Assembly: GCA_963668315.1 (NCBI GenBank)
Contig: OY764216.1
Span: forward strand, 2,784,001 to 2,848,000
Direction of reading: 5' to 3'
Source: Spirochaetia bacterium
GTDB lineage: Bacteria; Spirochaetota; Spirochaetia; DSM-2461
Length of the DNA: 64,000 nucleotides
Numbering within the stretch: the first letter of the stretch is position 1; the number at the start of each line of letters is the position of its first letter. Below are positions 38,292 through 48,189 of this stretch, piece after piece. The position numbers were made by a program, and so were the translations under genes. Under the pieces are notes generated by a model. The model saw only the letters and a list, made by a program, of their open reading frames with translations, was not told where the DNA came from and ran no database searches.

Positions 38292-40199
38292 TCAAGAAAG
38301 GAGGGAACCGTGGAAACTGATCACTTCCAGTATTTTCCTCACCGCTACCGTCTCTTCTTCCCCGGTTTCTTCGTTGAGAAATACAAGATCGCTCTCCTCC
38401 CGGCTGTTCTGCAGTTCCAGGGGAACGGCCCGAACCGTTCTCAGCCCCCCTTTTCCCGGCAGCTTCAGTTCCAAAAGGGGAAAAGCCGATTCCAGGGATG
38501 ATGAAACAATACGCAGTTTGCCGTTGAAATCCAATCCGCCCGCTTTGCATGGCTCGCTGCGGAGAACGGCAGGGGAAATCTGCTCGGGAAGAATGACGAC
38601 GCCCCTTTCAATACGGTGGAGAAATTCCTTCTCCTGTTCCTCCGGCAGATTCAGGGTCATAAGTTTGTCCATCAGGGCTGCCCGATCCTCTTCCGCAAAC
38701 GGGATCGTGGAAATATCCGCCCCACTCTCCCTCGGAATATGGATGGAAGAGGCTTCCGGAAAATCAAGGACGGTACCTTGGGGAAGAGCTTTATGTTCCT
38801 CGAAAGGATTCAGTCCCACATCGGCCAGAAGTGATTTCCAGGTTTTCTCTGTATCTTCCCGCATGAGGAGCCACTCCTCGCCGATGGACTCGATAATATG
38901 TTCTTCCAGGTGGGGTATCTGATTGATCAGACGGCGGGGATAACCGACTGCTTTTATTAGAATGCCTGAAACCCTCTTCAGGGAGTAAAGCTGTTTTTCC
39001 CACTCTTTGAGGTTGGTCACCAGATTTCCCGGCAGCGGACTGCCCGTCATCTTTTCCAGATCGTTAACAAGGAAATCGCAGGTATTTCCCCGGCGCAGGC
39101 CCGATTCAAAGGATTCTCTGGTTAACCGGAAACGGTAGAAGGTTTCCCCCTTCTCCAGATGACCGGAAAGAACCAGACTTGCCGAGAAAGGAGTTGCCGG
39201 CGGCAGATCTATATCTCCGTTAGGCTGAACAAGTACTTTGGGGCGATCATCCGGTTCGGTATATGAGGGAGAATAGAAGGTGATTTCCTCCTCCTCCCTA
39301 TGGCAAATTCCCAGAAGGGATAGACGGGCGGGCAGCTCAGTCCACCTCTGCAGGTCATGGCGTGAGGGCTGGGGCGTAACAAAATAGAGAAGCCTTGTCC
39401 ACCCAAGCGCTGAGATGGCACCTTCCGAAGGCAGGTAATCATTCAGGTGGTCAAGAAGGTACCTCAGTTTTCCCCTTTCCCGCTCCGGTCCGTTCAAGAG
39501 GGCCAGATACATTATCCTGTCACCGGCGGAATAGGATTCAAAGCGGGCAAGTTCCTCACGCGGACCGATAATGAGGCCATTCCCGCGCTTCTCCAGTAAT
39601 CCGGCCGTCAGAAACAGCTCCGCCAGTTCGGTAAAAAAACTGTCCTCCCAATGGGAAGGGTAGGGGAGTTTCTCCTGCAGTTCTTCAATAATGCGTCTCC
39701 GGGGAGTCCCATCGTTCAGGAAGAAGGATTTCTCCTCGGAAAAGTAGGAGAGAAAACCCATCAGGAGACGGTCATCGGGGCGAAATGGAACTGTCTCAGC
39801 GCCGGATCTCTTCCGTATGTCGAGAAAAAGGGAGAAGCGCAGAACGCCCTGTTCATGGAGGAAAGGTTCCAGTTCCGGTGTTATGTAGAAGGCGCCGGAA
39901 TCCTCATAAATCAGCAGCCTTTCTTTGAGGTTGTTTTTTTTCTCATCCGACCATTCCAGGGGAAGTTTATCACCCGGTACGTTTTGCAGAAAATGGATAA
40001 CGGAGAGGATGATTTTCTCTTCCTCTTCTATTCGTGAGATGAGAGCCCGGGCATTTGTTTCATTGCTGAGCCAGAGGGAGAGTTTCTTAATCATTTCCTG
40101 CTTGTTATAGGGAGTGGTAAGATTGACGACATAGTTTTTCATGAGATTAAGAAAGATATTCTCCTCAAGGGCAAAGAGGCTCTCCTCCCATTTTGTCAT
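38292..40199 (-). CDS. XPB-associated helicase-associated domain protein
   Basis: VLVQPNGDI...FRLTRESFESGL...LEKMTGSPLPGNLVTNLKEW resembles the XPB N-terminal domain of the adjacent gene; coupled to it by a 4-bp overlap. Confidence 0.7.
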   Translation of the reverse strand: MTKWEESLFALEENIFLNLMKNYVVNLTTPYNKQEMIKKLSLWLSNETNARALISRIEEEEKIILSVIHFLQNVPGDKLPLEWSDEKKNNLKERLLIYEDSGAFYITPELEPFLHEQGVLRFSLFLDIRKRSGAETVPFRPDDRLLMGFLSYFSEEKSFFLNDGTPRRRIIEELQEKLPYPSHWEDSFFTELAELFLTAGLLEKRGNGLIIGPREELARFESYSAGDRIMYLALLNGPERERGKLRYLLDHLNDYLPSEGAISALGWTRLLYFVTPQPSRHDLQRWTELPARLSLLGICHREEEEITFYSPSYTEPDDRPKVLVQPNGDIDLPPATPFSASLVLSGHLEKGETFYRFRLTRESFESGLRRGNTCDFLVNDLEKMTGSPLPGNLVTNLKEWEKQLYSLKRVSGILIKAVGYPRRLINQIPHLEEHIIESIGEEWLLMREDTEKTWKSLLADVGLNPFEEHKALPQGTVLDFPEASSIHIPRESGADISTIPFAEEDRAALMDKLMTLNLPEEQEKEFLHRIERGVVILPEQISPAVLRSEPCKAGGLDFNGKLRIVSSSLESAFPLLELKLPGKGGLRTVRAVPLELQNSREESDLVFLNEETGEEETVAVRKILEVISFHGSLLS

Positions 40200-41848
40200 A
40201 GCGGTTCTCCCCGTACTTCGATCTGGTATTTGTAGCCCTGTTCCGTCAGAAATTTCTGACGGTTCATGGCAAATTCCTCTTCGGTTGTAAAACGGGAAAT
40301 AAGGCTGTAGAAATAGGAGTTCTTTTTTTTGGGCCGGAGAATACGGCCGAGTCTCTGGGCTTCCTCCTGCCGTGATCCAAAGGCGCCTGAGAGCTGAATG
40401 GCCACAGAGGCATCGGGCAGGTCAATGGCAAAATTCGCGACCTTGGACACCACGATGACCTTTATCTCACCCTTTTTAAAGCGGCTGTAGATGACTTCCC
40501 TCTCCCCGTTGGGGGTCTTTCCTGTTATCAGGGGAGCCTTGAGTTTTGCCGCCATCTTTTCCAGCTGGTCTATGTACTGGCCTATGATCAGTATCTGTTC
40601 ATCCCTGTGCCTTTCCACAAGCTCTGCCGCTTCATTGAGCTTCAAAGGGTTCTCTGCGGCTATGCGGTATTTTTTCCTTTTATCCGCCGAGGCGTAGGGC
40701 AGCTGGAGATTGTCTGGAAGGTCAATACGTATCTCATGGCAGTAGGCTTCGGCGATCCATCCCTGCTGTTCCAGTTCCTTCCAGGGAATGTCATATCTTT
40801 TGGGGCCCACAAGGGAGAATACGTGTCCTTCCGCGCCGTCTTCCCGTATCAGAGTGGCCGTAAGTCCCAGTCTTCGGCGAGCCTGCAGTTCTGCGGTGAT
40901 TTTGAAGACCGGAGCGGGCAAGAGGTGTACTTCGTCATAAATGATCAGTCCCCAGTCGTTTTCCTTGAACAGGGAAAAATGGGTAAAGGGGCTGTTCTTA
41001 TCCTTGCGCCATACCAGAACCTGGTATGTGGCCAGGGTAACCGGTTTAATGATCTTCTGTTCCCCCGAATATTCGCCGATCTGATCTTCCGTGAGATCGG
41101 TTTTGCTGAGGAGCTCATCGCGCCACTGGTGGAGGGATGCCACGTTGGGTGTGAGGATGAGAGTCTGCTTTTTCATTTCCGCCATGAGGGCAATACCCAT
41201 CACTGTTTTTCCCGACCCGCAGGGCATGACAACCGTACCGAAACCGGTGCCCGGTTTCCCGTTTCCCAGAAAAGCCTCTACTCCGTGTTTCTGGTATTCG
41301 CGGATCTCCAGGTCCCTGAGGTTAACCTCAAGATTTTCCCCTTCGACCAGGGGGGCGAGGTCCTCCACGGGCCAGCCCATATTGATTAGCTCGGCTTTTA
41401 CCGTTCCCCGGTTGAGCATATCCAGGAAAAAGCCCTTTTCTCCCCGGGTGAGGATTTTTGTCAGCGACTTGGCCGTGGAAAGCTCTTTATGCAGAAAGGG
41501 ATCTTCCACACGGAGAAAAAGAATGCTTTCGTCACCCGTCCCTTCCAGGCGAATCTTGCCCCATCTAAGCAGGGTTTCCTTGATATTATGGCGGACATTT
41601 TCCGGAGCGGCAAAACGTCCGTATTTATCCAGAATCTCAAGAATCTCTCCGTATTCCATTCCGCTGGAAGCGGCGTTCCAGAGGGAAAGGGGAGATATCT
41701 TGTATGTATGCATATGTTCGGGTGATTTTTCCAACTCGGCAAAACGTCCCAGTTCTCCACGGGCTTCTTCAAAAAGAAGGGTATGTACGTCTACAAGTAT
41801 TGTGTTGTCGCCCTGAACGATGAGCGGGGGAATGTCGTTTTTCGTCAT
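40196..41848 (-). CDS. xpb: DNA repair helicase XPB (Rad25/Ssl2-like)
   Basis: PLIVQGD.TIL, FAELEKSPEHMHTY, Walker A MPCGSGKT, DEVH, LGLTATLIREDG, SKVANFAIDLP, QRLGRILRP. Confidence 0.93.
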   Translation of the reverse strand: MTKNDIPPLIVQGDNTILVDVHTLLFEEARGELGRFAELEKSPEHMHTYKISPLSLWNAASSGMEYGEILEILDKYGRFAAPENVRHNIKETLLRWGKIRLEGTGDESILFLRVEDPFLHKELSTAKSLTKILTRGEKGFFLDMLNRGTVKAELINMGWPVEDLAPLVEGENLEVNLRDLEIREYQKHGVEAFLGNGKPGTGFGTVVMPCGSGKTVMGIALMAEMKKQTLILTPNVASLHQWRDELLSKTDLTEDQIGEYSGEQKIIKPVTLATYQVLVWRKDKNSPFTHFSLFKENDWGLIIYDEVHLLPAPVFKITAELQARRRLGLTATLIREDGAEGHVFSLVGPKRYDIPWKELEQQGWIAEAYCHEIRIDLPDNLQLPYASADKRKKYRIAAENPLKLNEAAELVERHRDEQILIIGQYIDQLEKMAAKLKAPLITGKTPNGEREVIYSRFKKGEIKVIVVSKVANFAIDLPDASVAIQLSGAFGSRQEEAQRLGRILRPKKKNSYFYSLISRFTTEEEFAMNRQKFLTEQGYKYQIEVRGEPL

Positions 41849-41996
41849 AAAGAGTTATTATAGCAAGAAATTCGGCGATAGACAAGAAAGAGGATAACAA
41901 CTTCCTTTGAAGCTTAAGTCAGAACTCGCTGGCGGCCTAATAAAGAAGGGAGAAGGTATAAAAATTAAGATAGGGGGAATCTTTTGGAAAGGATAT

Positions 41997-42079
41997 TACC
42001 GGCGGTCGGAGTCGAACCGACATGCCCAGAGGGCGGCAGATTTTGAGTCTACTGTGTCTACCAATTTCACCACGCCGGC
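41997..42079 (-). tRNA. tRNA-Leu (CAA), long variable arm, CCA not encoded
   Basis: GCCGGCG TGGTGAAATTGGTAGACAC A GTAGA-CT-CAA-AA-TCTGC ... GTCGG-TTCGACT-CCGAC CGCCGGT A; upstream promoter TTGACC-N17-TATGAT (42119-42091). Confidence 0.96.
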
Positions 42080-42185
42080 GAATCTCGGATATCATATCAG
42101 GACTCATGGGCGGGGTCAAGTGGATCGGGGGGGATTTTTTGAATGAGTCCCGAATCCGATTTGCCCTGATCCGGGACTCCCGGCA

Positions 42186-42716
42186 TCATTGCCAGAGACC
42201 GTACATCTCTTCGGTTTTTAGATAATTTTCCATCCGCTGCAGCTGTTCTTCGTCTATCTCTCTGATCCAGTAGTCGACATAGGTCTCATCCTTATGGGAG
42301 CCTGCACTGAAAATATACACGGTCAATTTACCGGGGAAAATGGTCAGTGCCCCTTCTTTGACTTCAAGATACTGTCTGAAATCAAGATCATATGTTTCTT
42401 CATGATTCATTCCGAAGGTTCTGAAACTCGTAATGGAGTATTTTCCGGGGGGGATATTCCTCAGATAAAAATATCCGTGATTGTTTATGGATAGAAAAAA
42501 CGTGACCGTTTCTCCCGTCTCTACATTATCCATATATACTTTAAATCTGAGGTCCCCGTTGAATGAGGTGTTTTTGCCGTCAATTATAATAACGGGAACA
42601 ACAACAAGGGAATCATACTCTGACCTGGGTGCCGGCATTCCCGAGCTGAGACAGCCTGAAAGGCCAACCGCAAAAAGTAAACTGCAGAATATAGTTAATA
42701 TTTTTTTGTTTTTCAT
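42186..42716 (-). CDS. Hypothetical lipoprotein
   Basis: Basic N-terminus, hydrophobic core, lipobox LSG-C; overlaps the protease stop. Confidence 0.7.
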   Translation of the reverse strand: MKNKKILTIFCSLLFAVGLSGCLSSGMPAPRSEYDSLVVVPVIIIDGKNTSFNGDLRFKVYMDNVETGETVTFFLSINNHGYFYLRNIPPGKYSITSFRTFGMNHEETYDLDFRQYLEVKEGALTIFPGKLTVYIFSAGSHKDETYVDYWIREIDEEQLQRMENYLKTEEMYGLWQ

Positions 42717-43645
42717 TGATTGTCCCTTACTTCTTCTGTTAGTAATTCATTCCGGCCTATATCAGCCAGCCATTCTCTTATTCTCTTTGAGCTGGTGGAA
42801 AAATAAATATCGTTGGCATCGCTAAGTGTTCCCAGGTTAATTCCGATAAGCTCTCCCCCTTCTCCGAAAAGGGGGCCGCCGGAATTCCCGGAATTGATGG
42901 AAGCCGTATGCTGAAGGTCCCATTTGTCGCTCCTGATGGCAGAAATGATTCCGTCGGTGAGTGTTGGCTTGAAATCATCCAGAAATGTATCCATGACGAA
43001 TTGCAGGGGGTAGCCGATGGTGAAAACCTTGTCTCCCACATTGACCGGTTTTCCGGAACCGAAAACAACAGGGGAAATATCCTTTTCAATATCAATTTTT
43101 AGCAGGGACAGATCATTTGACATATTTTCGTCGATCAATTCTGCTCTGTAATCAATCCGGTCAACCGATTTTAGCGTTATGACAAACTGGCTGTCAGTAA
43201 CTGCTTTTACATAATCCCGGAATACCGTATGAAGCTCCGCCTTTGTCAGATAGCCGGGAATGGATTTCTTGAAAATATACTCCTCAAATATCCATATGGC
43301 AGCATCAATGGCATCATCTCTGTCCACATACTGCGTCACATGTGCGGCCGTGATAAAGTAGCCCGAGCTATTGATCAGAAAGGCAGAACCGGTAACCACT
43401 GGAATATACTGATTCAAAAGCTCCACATCCATGGACTCTTCGAGCTTCCGGAATAACTCAATATGCTCTATTTTGCTTTCATCAATGAAAACGGCCTGGG
43501 ATACAAAGAATACCGCCTCTTTATTCTCTTCATAAATACGGTTGTTGAGAGTGGACTCCTGAGCCGCTATTTCCATTGCAATACCGGAAAACAGCAACAG
43601 CGTTATTAAAAATGAATTTCTAAGGCAACCAGAAGAAGGTTTCAT
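42713..43645 (-). CDS. Secreted trypsin-like (S1C/HtrA-type, no PDZ) serine protease
   Basis: GSAFLI, TAAHV, DLSLLK, IGYP, INSGNSGGPL. Confidence 0.88.
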   Translation of the reverse strand: MKPSSGCLRNSFLITLLLFSGIAMEIAAQESTLNNRIYEENKEAVFFVSQAVFIDESKIEHIELFRKLEESMDVELLNQYIPVVTGSAFLINSSGYFITAAHVTQYVDRDDAIDAAIWIFEEYIFKKSIPGYLTKAELHTVFRDYVKAVTDSQFVITLKSVDRIDYRAELIDENMSNDLSLLKIDIEKDISPVVFGSGKPVNVGDKVFTIGYPLQFVMDTFLDDFKPTLTDGIISAIRSDKWDLQHTASINSGNSGGPLFGEGGELIGINLGTLSDANDIYFSTSSKRIREWLADIGRNELLTEEVRDNQ

Positions 43646-43744
43646 AATTACTCCCGTTTATTTTACAGATAATGGTATTCCAATCTAATGGAAAAAGAAG
43701 GGGACTGTCAATAAAAAGGTTTACTATTTCTTTTTGCCCATTTT

Positions 43745-44773
43745 CTACATGGGAAAGGTGAGGGCGAACAGGGTTCCCCCGTTGCCGGGAAGGTAGGAAT
43801 ACTCTCCGTGAAGCTGTCTGGTCAGTGTCTGAATTAATGTCGTCCCCAATCCGGTATGACCATCCCCGGGTACAAAGCCTTTCCCGTTGTCTTCTGCTTC
43901 GACCCGTATTCCGCCGTGACAGTTAAGGGCCCTCAATTCTATCCGGGGGGAGTTAACCGGTTCCTCTTCAAAGGCGTATTTGATGCTGTTGGTTATGATC
44001 TCATTGATTATAATTCCCACGGGAAGGGCTTTTTCCAGGGGGATCGTCAGGGGACCCTTTCCCTGGGGAACAGACAGATTTATCTTCGCCTCTGCATGAC
44101 CGGCAAGGATTCTCTCCGCCAGATCGCTCAGATATTTCCTCAGGTTGAGCTCGTTATTCAGCTGGCCGGAATAGAGTTGTTCATGGACCAGGGAAATGGA
44201 GAGAATTCTGTTGACGAGTTTTTTTCCCTCCTGACGGAAGTCATCGTTTTCTGTGCGGTTCATTTGAAGCTGAATGAGGCTTTTCATGATATTCAGATTG
44301 TTCTTCACCCTGTGGTTGAGTTCTTTGTAGAGAATCTCCCTTTCCTCAAGGGCTATTTTCAGTTCCTCCTCGCGAAGTTTCCGCTGCTCGATCTCTTTTC
44401 CCGTTCTGTCAAAATAGGCTCCCGCCAGCCCGAGACCGGTGCCGATGACAATCCCGGAAATCTGGGCGACATACAGATTATAAGGAGCGTAGTTAAGCGC
44501 GTCTCTCACATAAAAAAGAAGGAGATTGCAGGGAAGGCCCATCGTTCCGGATATGATTCCTCCCCACAAACCGAACAGATAGGAGGAAATAATAATGGGA
44601 AAAATTATTAAGTAATTCGTAGCAATCCCACCCCGTAATTCTATGAGGAGAAATAAAGAGGCATAAATGATATAGCCTGCTAGGGTCAGTATCGCTTTCT
44701 TCCCCGGATTGAGAGATGATGGAATTTTTTTATCTGCCCTGTGCACAAGTAGATGATAAGGCATAAAAGGCAT
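43745..44773 (-). CDS. Membrane sensor histidine kinase (HisKA_2 type)
   Basis: ELNHRVKNNL, VHEQLY, NEIITNSIKYAF, DNGKG, GLG; N-terminal TMs. Confidence 0.9.
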   Translation of the reverse strand: MPFMPYHLLVHRADKKIPSSLNPGKKAILTLAGYIIYASLFLLIELRGGIATNYLIIFPIIISSYLFGLWGGIISGTMGLPCNLLLFYVRDALNYAPYNLYVAQISGIVIGTGLGLAGAYFDRTGKEIEQRKLREEELKIALEEREILYKELNHRVKNNLNIMKSLIQLQMNRTENDDFRQEGKKLVNRILSISLVHEQLYSGQLNNELNLRKYLSDLAERILAGHAEAKINLSVPQGKGPLTIPLEKALPVGIIINEIITNSIKYAFEEEPVNSPRIELRALNCHGGIRVEAEDNGKGFVPGDGHTGLGTTLIQTLTRQLHGEYSYLPGNGGTLFALTFPM

Positions 44774-44869
44774 TCGGACAACCGGAAATACTGGCTCTAT
44801 GGTAAAAACTGTGTTATCCTATGTTTACATAATAATTGATCTTTTTTGAGATTAATGAGGTAAAAATAA

Positions 44870-45232
44870 ATGATGAAGACAATAATGGTAGTGGAAGACG
44901 AGTCTATTGCGGCTCTGGAGCTTTGTGAAACTCTCAGGAGTATGGGGTATTATGTTCCCGAACCGGTTGGTTCCGCCGATAAAGTCATTGGAGCTGTCAT
45001 CAAGGAGCAGCCCGATGCTATTTTTATGGATATTAATCTTTCCAACTTCATAGACGGGATAGATGTGGCGCAAAGGATAAAATTGCTTAAGGATATTCCC
45101 CTTATCTACCTAACTGCCTATAATAACGAAGAAACAATGAGACGGGCGGAAAGAACGAAGCCGGCAGCCTTTCTTTCAAAACCGTCCAGTACGGAGTTGA
45201 TAGGAAGGACTCTGGAACAGATCTTTTCATAG
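44870..45232 (+). CDS. Single-domain response regulator
   Basis: VVEDE, FMDINL, DGI, YLTA, SKP; divergent from the HisKA_2 kinase. Confidence 0.9.
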   Translation: MMKTIMVVEDESIAALELCETLRSMGYYVPEPVGSADKVIGAVIKEQPDAIFMDINLSNFIDGIDVAQRIKLLKDIPLIYLTAYNNEETMRRAERTKPAAFLSKPSSTELIGRTLEQIFS

Positions 45233-45279
45233 GCCCTTCCCGTCGGGAAAAAGGCCGGTCCCCCTTACAGGAGTAACCT

Positions 45280-45804
45280 ATGTCAGATAAAAGTGAAGAT
45301 ATGCGAAACCATTCCGCGCTCCTTATCAGGAGAGCGGAGGAGAAAGATATTCCTTCCATTACAAAAATATACAATGAGGCTGTCATTAATACGGCCGCCA
45401 CTTTTCATGTTGAGCCGGTAACGGCGGAAGAGAGACAGGAGTGGTTCAGGAATCATGACAGCGTACGGCCTGTGATCGTTGCTGAAACGGGGGATGAGCT
45501 GGCCGGCTGGGCCTCTCTCTCCCGCTGGAATTCCAAACCCGCCTATGACGGTTCGGTAGAACTTTCCGTTTACGTTGACCGCGATGCCCGGGGGGGCGGC
45601 ATAGGAAAGGCTCTTATGGAAGACCTTATCGAGCGTGCCGCCCAGGCCGGTCTGCATACCATCATTTCTCTTATCACCGAGGGAAACGAAGTCAGCATGA
45701 AACTTCATAAACAGCTCGGTTTTGAGCAGACAGGGCAGATCCGGGAAGCGGGATATAAATTTGATCAGTTTCTCGATGTCACGATCTGGCAGAAGATGTT
45801 ATAG
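45280..45804 (+). CDS. GNAT N-acetyltransferase (phosphinothricin / methionine sulfoximine acetyltransferase-like)
   Basis: IYNEAV....TF, ELSVYV...ARGGGIG, N..S..LH..LGF, GYKF..FLDV. Confidence 0.88.
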   Translation: MSDKSEDMRNHSALLIRRAEEKDIPSITKIYNEAVINTAATFHVEPVTAEERQEWFRNHDSVRPVIVAETGDELAGWASLSRWNSKPAYDGSVELSVYVDRDARGGGIGKALMEDLIERAAQAGLHTIISLITEGNEVSMKLHKQLGFEQTGQIREAGYKFDQFLDVTIWQKML

Positions 45805-45813
45805 GAGATATTA

Positions 45814-46746
45814 ATGAAAGGGCGGGAATTTCAGTTTAACGGAGAAGACGGCAGCATTATTTCCGGAATTCGCTGGATTCCGGAAGGTCCTTTGAGAGCA
45901 GTTCTGATCATTAACCATGGTATGGCGGAACACATCGCCCGTTACGAGTCCTTTGCCCTTTTTCTCAATGAATCGGGCATAGCCGTATGGGGAGAAGACC
46001 ACCGGGGCCATGGAAAAACGGCGGCTACCACAGATGAACTGGGGTATTTTCATAAGAGTCAGGGATGGGAGAAGGTTCTCTCTGATATTTCCGTTCTTAC
46101 CGATCTGGTGAAGAAAGAGCATCCCGAGCTCCCCCTTTTCATTCTGGGCCACAGCATGGGGTCTTTTCTTACCAGGGATTTCCTCTGTGAAAAAGGTTCT
46201 GACTTTTCCGGGGCCATTATTTCCGGAACAGGATATACTCCTGCGGTACTCTGCCGGACCATGAATTTTCTGGCTTCAGGAGAGGCGAAACTGAAAGGGG
46301 ACAGGCATAGAAGCGCTTTTCTTGATAATCTTTCCTTCGGCCAGTTCAACCGTTCTTTCCTTCCGAACAGAACTCCCTTTGACTGGCTGAGCCGGGATGA
46401 GAATCAAGTGGATAAATACATTCAGGACGACCTCTGCGGCTTTATCTGTACGAGTGCGTTCTTCAGGGACCTTTCCCGGGGACTTATGCGCATCATCGAT
46501 CGAAAACGCATCGCCGGAACCCCCCGCGAGCTTCCGGTATTCTTCTATTCCGGTACGGAAGATCCCGTAGGAGGGCGCAAAGCCGGCGGGGTGGATAAAG
46601 TGGTCTCTCTCTATCGTTCCCTGGGAATGGAGAGCATTTCCTGCCGCCTTAATGACGGGGGGCGTCATGAGTCTCTTAATGAAACAAACAGGAATGAAGT
46701 TTTCCGTGATTTTCTTGGTTTTATCGAGGAAAATCTCCCTTCCTGA
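45814..46746 (+). CDS. Alpha/beta hydrolase (lysophospholipase-like)
   Basis: HGMAEH..RY, DHRGHG, GHSMGS, FDWLSRD, GTEDPV, RHESLNE. Confidence 0.9.
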   Translation: MKGREFQFNGEDGSIISGIRWIPEGPLRAVLIINHGMAEHIARYESFALFLNESGIAVWGEDHRGHGKTAATTDELGYFHKSQGWEKVLSDISVLTDLVKKEHPELPLFILGHSMGSFLTRDFLCEKGSDFSGAIISGTGYTPAVLCRTMNFLASGEAKLKGDRHRSAFLDNLSFGQFNRSFLPNRTPFDWLSRDENQVDKYIQDDLCGFICTSAFFRDLSRGLMRIIDRKRIAGTPRELPVFFYSGTEDPVGGRKAGGVDKVVSLYRSLGMESISCRLNDGGRHESLNETNRNEVFRDFLGFIEENLPS

Positions 46747-46778
46747 TAAATCGGGAATAAATTTTTCTCCCCCTTTCC

Positions 46779-48134
46779 ATGAAAGGGTTTATGGTTTTAA
46801 TTTTATGGGGCTCTTCTATCTTGCTCTGGTCCCAGTGGGAGCAGACCGTCTACGGCGGTATAGAAGGGGAAAGGGGAGATGATAAAACGGAGGTGAACAC
46901 TTCCTGGGAGTGGCATCTTTCCCGTCACTCCTTAAATCCGGCGTCGGCCGGTCTCTATATTTCGGTTGTCCCGGACAGCCGGAGTGAGGGCGCCGCCCTT
47001 GATTCCCTCTGCTTTACTCTTGATACGACCTATGTCAGCGCCGGTGTCATCCGTCTGGAGGGTCTGTACGATCTGGCCGAATCGGAGAGAATCCCCCGAA
47101 GTTCCCTTCTTACGGAGGAGGGGCGGTTTATTCTTGAGAAAAGAAGTTCTCTTCTTGACAGATACGGGGCGGCTTTTCACTCCGGCCGGGATAATCTCAT
47201 CTTCCACGGCCTTAACCGCAGGGAGTACTCCCAGGCGGGCATCTGCTGGCAAAGCTCTTTCTCCTCCCTCAGCATCAGCACCGTCTGTCTCTATTCCTGG
47301 AACGAGTGCGCTGACAATAGTGAAGAATCAGCCTGGTTTGAAGGATCAGATGGAAGAACGGGGGAACCTCTTCTCCATGGTGTGGCCGGGATCCGGTACG
47401 AATTATCCGAATCACCCGTAAAGTGGCGGATGGCGGGTGCGGGTCAGATACTCTATTCATCCCTTCTTCTACCCGGCTACGCCCTCTATCTCTACGGGGA
47501 GGGTAAAGGAGAATCCTGGGATATCCGTCTGTCATGGCAGGAGAACAAGGGTTATATGAGGACTACCGAGGGGAAGGGCTTTGACTGGTCCCGGGGGATT
47601 TGCTGGGAGGGGGAAATCCGGGTCCGCTCGGTAGTCTGCCGCAGCCGGGGAGCTCTTTACCAGCCGGGCTGTTTTTCTGTCGGGCCGGGAGTCGATCCCC
47701 GGGGGATTCCGCCCCTATGGGAAGAGCGCATACAAATCGTTTCTCCCCTTTTCTCATGTTACTGGGAAGGGGAGGATGATTCCCCTGAAACGGGGCTCCG
47801 GTCGAAGGGGGGAATCTTCGGTATGGCTGAATGGCAGGGAATAAAGGGAAGAGCCGGCTGGGAAGTCAGCAACCGGAATGATTCCTGGAACAGGAGAGTT
47901 TCCGGAATGATCTCCCGGGAGGGCAGGTCATTTCTCTGGGAGGGGGAAGTTAAAATCCTCTGGGACAGCCGGCGGGAAACGGCTCCTTCCGGAAGGGACT
48001 GGAGAGTTAAAGCCGCCTGGGAGGGATTTCCTCCGGGAACTCTCTCCCTCTCCATCGGGGGAGCGGGAGATGTAAGTTCAGATTCCGGTGGATCTTTGGA
48101 GGGAGGATTGGCTTTCCAATCGGCAGGTTTTTAA
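46779..48134 (+). CDS. Hypothetical exported protein, possibly an outer-membrane beta-barrel
   Basis: Signal-like N-terminus, Gly/Trp-rich alternating strands, terminal Phe; fills the gap between co-oriented genes. Confidence 0.5.
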   Translation: MKGFMVLILWGSSILLWSQWEQTVYGGIEGERGDDKTEVNTSWEWHLSRHSLNPASAGLYISVVPDSRSEGAALDSLCFTLDTTYVSAGVIRLEGLYDLAESERIPRSSLLTEEGRFILEKRSSLLDRYGAAFHSGRDNLIFHGLNRREYSQAGICWQSSFSSLSISTVCLYSWNECADNSEESAWFEGSDGRTGEPLLHGVAGIRYELSESPVKWRMAGAGQILYSSLLLPGYALYLYGEGKGESWDIRLSWQENKGYMRTTEGKGFDWSRGICWEGEIRVRSVVCRSRGALYQPGCFSVGPGVDPRGIPPLWEERIQIVSPLFSCYWEGEDDSPETGLRSKGGIFGMAEWQGIKGRAGWEVSNRNDSWNRRVSGMISREGRSFLWEGEVKILWDSRRETAPSGRDWRVKAAWEGFPPGTLSLSIGGAGDVSSDSGGSLEGGLAFQSAGF

Positions 48135-48189
48135 AAAAAGAACCCTCCCTCTCTAGGGTAAATAATAAGAATCGGGTATATTCATCATT

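Noticed and set aside
41997..44773. Genomic island at tRNA-Leu
   Set aside because: No integrase and no duplicated tRNA 3' end were seen, and the AT-richer genes lie on the 5' side of the tRNA.
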